Of a DNA stretch of 64,000 nt, positions 59,928-64,000 are shown one piece after another. Position 1 is the stretch's first letter. Each line of letters opens with the position of its first letter. The translations under genes and the position numbers were made by a program. The stretch is from Zygnema circumcarinatum SAG 698-1b (lineage: Eukaryota > Plantae > Zygnematophyceae): positions 806,001 to 870,000 of the forward strand of contig CM074808.1 of assembly GCA_037447605.1 (NCBI GenBank), given 5' to 3'. The notes under the pieces are model-generated. The model saw only the letters and a list, made by a program, of their open reading frames with translations. It was not told where the DNA came from and made no database searches.

Positions 59928-60355
59928 GAGAACCACATTCCGGCATACAGAGTTTATGCGGACGTGAAGCTTTGGCTTTGGCTTTGAATTTGAGTGGAAT
60001 TGTCTTGGCTTTACAAGGGCCGGTCAGTGATTGAAGGCCTCCTTAGGGTCAAGATAGCCGCGGCACTGCTTCATGCTTGTGAGCAAAACTGGAAACTGGT
60101 TTTGCTTTTCGCATGGACTGCTTTTGAAAAATAAAAATAAAAATTGTGATAAATATCGTTCACTCACAGTTGCAATGGCGAAGGTCATCTGTCGTCCTCC
60201 ATCATCACTCATAGTGAATAACTTCATGTTCCTTGTTTCTTAACTGCCATGAAATTTGACGGTTTGTGGCACTCTGATATTGTTCGTTTGGTTATTGAAC
60301 CAACCCAACGACAGCTCAACCACAATCTATTTTAATAGGAACAACAGAGTATGGA

Positions 60356-60535
60356 TTTGGCATCGATCTGACCATGGCCATTCCGTCAAACGCACATGGA
60401 CTAAGTCAACATGGGGAACTACGAGGAACTGATCCCAGTGGACGTAAGGACAATAGGAAAAAGCTATGAGTTGAACTCTAGACTTCGCTTCTAGGCCCAA
60501 CAGCAACAACAACAACACGACTCTAAGAGCAGCCG
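60356..60535 (-). repeat. Copy I (near full length) of the unclassified repeat
   Basis: TTTGGCATCGATCTGACCATGGCCATTCCGTCAAACGCACATGGACTAAGTCAACATGGGGAACTACGAGGAAC...CTTCTAGGCCCAACAGCAACAACAACAACACG...GAGCAGCCG. Confidence 0.75.
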
Positions 60536-60589
60536 TGAAGGGCGCCGATGTGGGCCACGTGGCGCGGAGGGAGTGCCGGAAGGCCATCG

Positions 60590-60819
60590 AACGGTCACCA
60601 ACAACCGCCATGCCCATGCCATCCCCATTCCATCCCCATCCACCATGTAACCAGGCAGCCGACAACGGTAACCGAAACCGTAACCTGGACCGTACAGTAT
60701 GTTACGCATATGCATACTGTATGATGTTGTGGTGACGCAATGTTACGCCATTGGTACCGTACAGTATGTATCGCATCGGATACATACGCGTACGGCATCC
60801 CGGAGTTCCCGGGCAACGG
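60590..60819 (+). promoter_or_regulatory. Three MSA-core (AACGG) motifs upstream of the PATRONUS-like gene
   Basis: AACGG at ~60590, 60664 and 60815, just 5' of the probable TSS. MSA elements drive G2/M expression in plants; function here is inferred. Confidence 0.4.
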
Positions 60820-61478
60820 CCATGGCGGCGGTCCAAATTTCAAACGTTCGCCTCCGCCCTCTCCCTTCATTCTATTTTTGCTGCTCGCAAGAGGAGAGAA
60901 AAGCTGCTCTGAACTGCTTCTGTCGGAATATTATAACCCTAAACAGGCGAACCGGCGCATAATTTTCCTTTTGAAAACCATCCAAGCAGCGGTCTGAAGT
61001 GTCTCAGGTACAGACTGGTGCGATAATAAGCTGTTTGAAATCATTTGGATTTGCAAACCTCGAGATGTCTGGATGTTAAGGAGAGGATAGGGTGTGTGTA
61101 CCAGTTCTTCAACAATATGATATGGCGCAATTACCGGCAGAGGCTTTTCTGAAGTTGAATGTGACGTTGAATTTGCAAGTGCTTTGCAGTTCTGTTTTCA
61201 AGTATTTCGCGTTTTGAATAAGGCAGGAAGTAGAGGTACGCGGGCTTGCTGTGCATATCCTTTGCGTTCTTTAGTTTACGTAATTCCATCGCCTGCATAG
61301 CTGCACTTTTTCCAGCTAATCTGCTGGCCTCAGGTTCAACTTGGGTGGTTCTGTTAGCACAAGAAATTTACTCTGCGGATTTTAGGTCGTGACATAGATA
61401 TCCTAGAAGATTTCCTTACGAATTGAGTCTCAAAAAACTCAGCTCGTTTGGTTGCAGGCCTGCTCGTCAAGCTGCTTC

Positions 61479-63062
61479 ATGGCGTTTCAAACGCCTCGAC
61501 CTGTTGCTTACCGCGCGGATGAAAACAATGGCGGTCCTTATTCAGGTCAGGATGGAGAAGTCACTTCCATGATATTCACATATTTGCCTTCTTGTATCGA
61601 CTGCCAAAACGAGCACCCTTTTAAATGTTTTTGTTTGTGTTTTTCGATTTATTCTGTTAGATGCTGCCTGTTCAGATGGGAGCACGTGTATGGTTCCTGT
61701 GTGTTACCCTTTAGACGAAACATGTGGTGACCTTTCGTTTTGATTGTGCAGGAAGCGTCACAAAGAAAGCGCTATCACGAACTTTCGCACTTCAAGGACT
61801 TTCTGCTGATGTGCCCCGGAAGACACTTTCGAACATAACGAACCTTGCACATCCCAGTCCATCGAGCACACAGAAAGACGTTACCAAGTCAGGGCCTCTT
61901 AAACAGAGGACTGTTTTGCGGAACATCACAAATGAGAATGTGCCAAGCAAGGCTGTCCCTGTGGCCCCGGCCAAGAGAGATGCTTTTGGCCAGCCCACCG
62001 AAGCAAAAAAGAAGAGCAGAAAGCATACTTCCAGGGTGAAGGACACAAACGATCACCTGAAATTGGCGAACAAGGAAGCTATCCTTCAAGAAAAGGCCGA
62101 AGCATATGCTGCAGAGGGAATCGAGTACGTGCACTTCAGCGGCAGGCAAGCGGAGGACTTAAGGGCAGCGGAGGCCGACGCAGGTCTTATACCTTATTTC
62201 ACTCATCTTCGCTTAACTGGATGTTGGCTCATAAACAAGCATGATTACGGTTGACTTGGTTTTAATTTTTCACCACGTGGTATTCAATCAGTATGGATTG
62301 TGAATTGGGAGCGCTTTCTATGCGCACTTTTATTCTGTATCTTTTGTGTAAGTTTTTTGGTAGCATCTGCTTCTAAAAATGGAGGCGCACTCTTTACGCC
62401 CACTCAGAGATACCTTTTCTGTTTGCAGAGGTGGAGGCCATGGCAGCTGTAGCTCTGTCATTCAGGACAGATCTTCCGCGAGTACTGGTACCAAGTAGCG
62501 AGGTCAGAGGCCTATCTTGCCATTCATTTCTCATACGAATCCTATCAATTAGTCGAGTCTTGCATCACCATATCAAGCAATTCGGGTAGCTTTAACCTTA
62601 AACGTCCTGTCAGAATCTTTCAGCAATGGGACAAACTATGGCTATGTCTGCCTGTTTAGGGCGTGCTTCGAGAAAAGGTGAAGCCTGTGTGCTCCTCCCA
62701 TGGTCGTCGGCTCTCTCCTGCCTAACAATTCCACAATCTTTCCAAATGTGCAGCTCTCTCCAATAGTCTCCGCGCTTCTGGCATTGGAGGAACTCCCACC
62801 CAGCCCTCGAGGTAGTGAGCAACTTTGCTGAGCCTCTCAGCCTCTGCTCAACTGCGGATACTTTCCTGCTTTCTGACGAATGGGAGCTCGCAATGACTTG
62901 CATCAGAAGAGCTGCTTGCGGACTGATGTCTCTGCCTCACAATTGCGTGCAGTCCCGTCTCCGCCAAGACATAGCGCGCGGTTCTCAGACGTGGAAGCCA
63001 TTGATTTGGACGACCTTGCGAGTCTCCTTGAATGCGACTGCACGGAGCTCCTCGCTTGTTGA
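61479..63062 (+). CDS. PATRONUS / plant securin-like APC/C substrate, 5 exons (61479-61545, 61752-62183, 62429-62502, 62754-62811, 62953-63062), ~246 aa
   Basis: N-terminal DEN motif (ADENN), two D-boxes (RKTLSNITN, RTVLRNITN) and AEGIEYVHF, resembling the PANS conserved block. Exons splice in phase; the last two are less certain. Confidence 0.65.
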
Positions 63063-64000
63063 CAGGCACGAGGCATCATCATTCCTGATACTGAAGATTG
63101 GAGACTGGCGGACGCAGATCCGTGGCACACTCCTGCGGGCACACTTCTGGTGTTCAAATTTTGCTCCGATATTTTGTTCCTGTGCTTGGACGCCCTCTGC
63201 CTAAAGCCGGCGCAGCTTTTTGCCACGCCCAAGGGCTCTTCTCGAAGGCGAAAGGCACAATTGTTGCGGGGATATCACCGAGAATGTTGCTCTTTGGAGA
63301 GGTCGTTCGCCGTTCTTACTTCTGTACATAACATGTGTAGTTTAGTAGTTTACTGGACGAGTTTTCTTATATTACAGTTTACCTACACGCGAACATCGCG
63401 CAGAGCATGATGTGAACTTCCATAGTTGTGCTTCCTAGCAGAAAATGACTTCACTGCGTTTTTAGCAAGCAGCTCATTTCGTATGCAATGAACAACGCAC
63501 TGCCAAATGTATTATCTGTACCTTTATTCTCGTTTCCCCTTTTTTCTTCTTTTAAAGGACGGAATCCAACTAAGGAAAATAAATCGGCTTCATTTGTATG
63601 TCTTGCAGAATGGCAGTGCAGGCTTTTGGATGATTTGACCTGTCTGTTTTTATTTTTGCATCCATTTTTACACCCTTCCACTGTAGCAGAAACCCACTGG
63701 GGACGAGGGGCCACATCGAACGACAAGGACGGAGAAGGAGGAGATGAGCGAAGGATGTGTGCGAGGGAAAGAAGTGAGACAGGGAGATGAAGACATGCGA
63801 CGAACTGCGGCATTGCATGGCCACCCCTCCATCCTCGACAAGCAGATAAAGCAAGCAACCCTAAAAGGGCCATCGTTGTACTGTATGATGGTGATTTTTT
63901 TTTTTTTTTTTTGAGAAAGAGCGATAATAAACAAGCAGCCATCACACAGGCGTACGGAAAATGGACAACGTGGTTCCAAATCTGCTCTGAACATCAACTT

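Noticed and set aside
63451-63997. Minus-strand ORFs at the window end
   Set aside because: Built on a poly(T)/low-complexity stretch with no recognisable product; cannot be evaluated without downstream sequence.

Overview
Eukaryotic nuclear DNA from a streptophyte, most likely a charophyte-grade alga or a non-seed plant. This is inferred from plant-type genes (PATRONUS-like, STIG1-like, SKIP22/FBXO7-like) together with intron-rich FAD2 and importin genes. I assembled 12 intact spliced or single-exon genes by hand: importin-11/KA120 (-), GLOD4-like glyoxalase (+), RPA34/mediator-associated-protein-2-like (-), KIX-like protein (+), secreted STIG1x3/extensin chimera (+), eIF3i (-), FBXO7/SKIP22-like F-box (+), FAD2 (+), transit-peptide/3xLysM/TM protein (-), RS-rich 5xCCHC protein (+), NFXL1 (+) and a PATRONUS/securin-like protein (+). 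There is also one probable decayed gene (-). Intergenic DNA holds two hAT-type MITEs with 8-bp TSDs, a young MULE derivative with ~140-bp TIRs, a TA-flanked MITE, a copia integrase remnant, and at least 9 copies of an unclassified ~180-bp hairpin-bearing repeat. The best leads are the plastid-type LysM membrane protein with a possible FIST-like tail, the STIG1/extensin precursor with PGVG-KR sites behind a dense CGTAC (SBP-type) cluster, the unclassified repeat family, and a predicted poison exon in the CCHC gene. No rRNA, tRNA or CRISPR array was seen. Exon models come from manual GT-AG and reading-frame reconstruction; no database searches were run.
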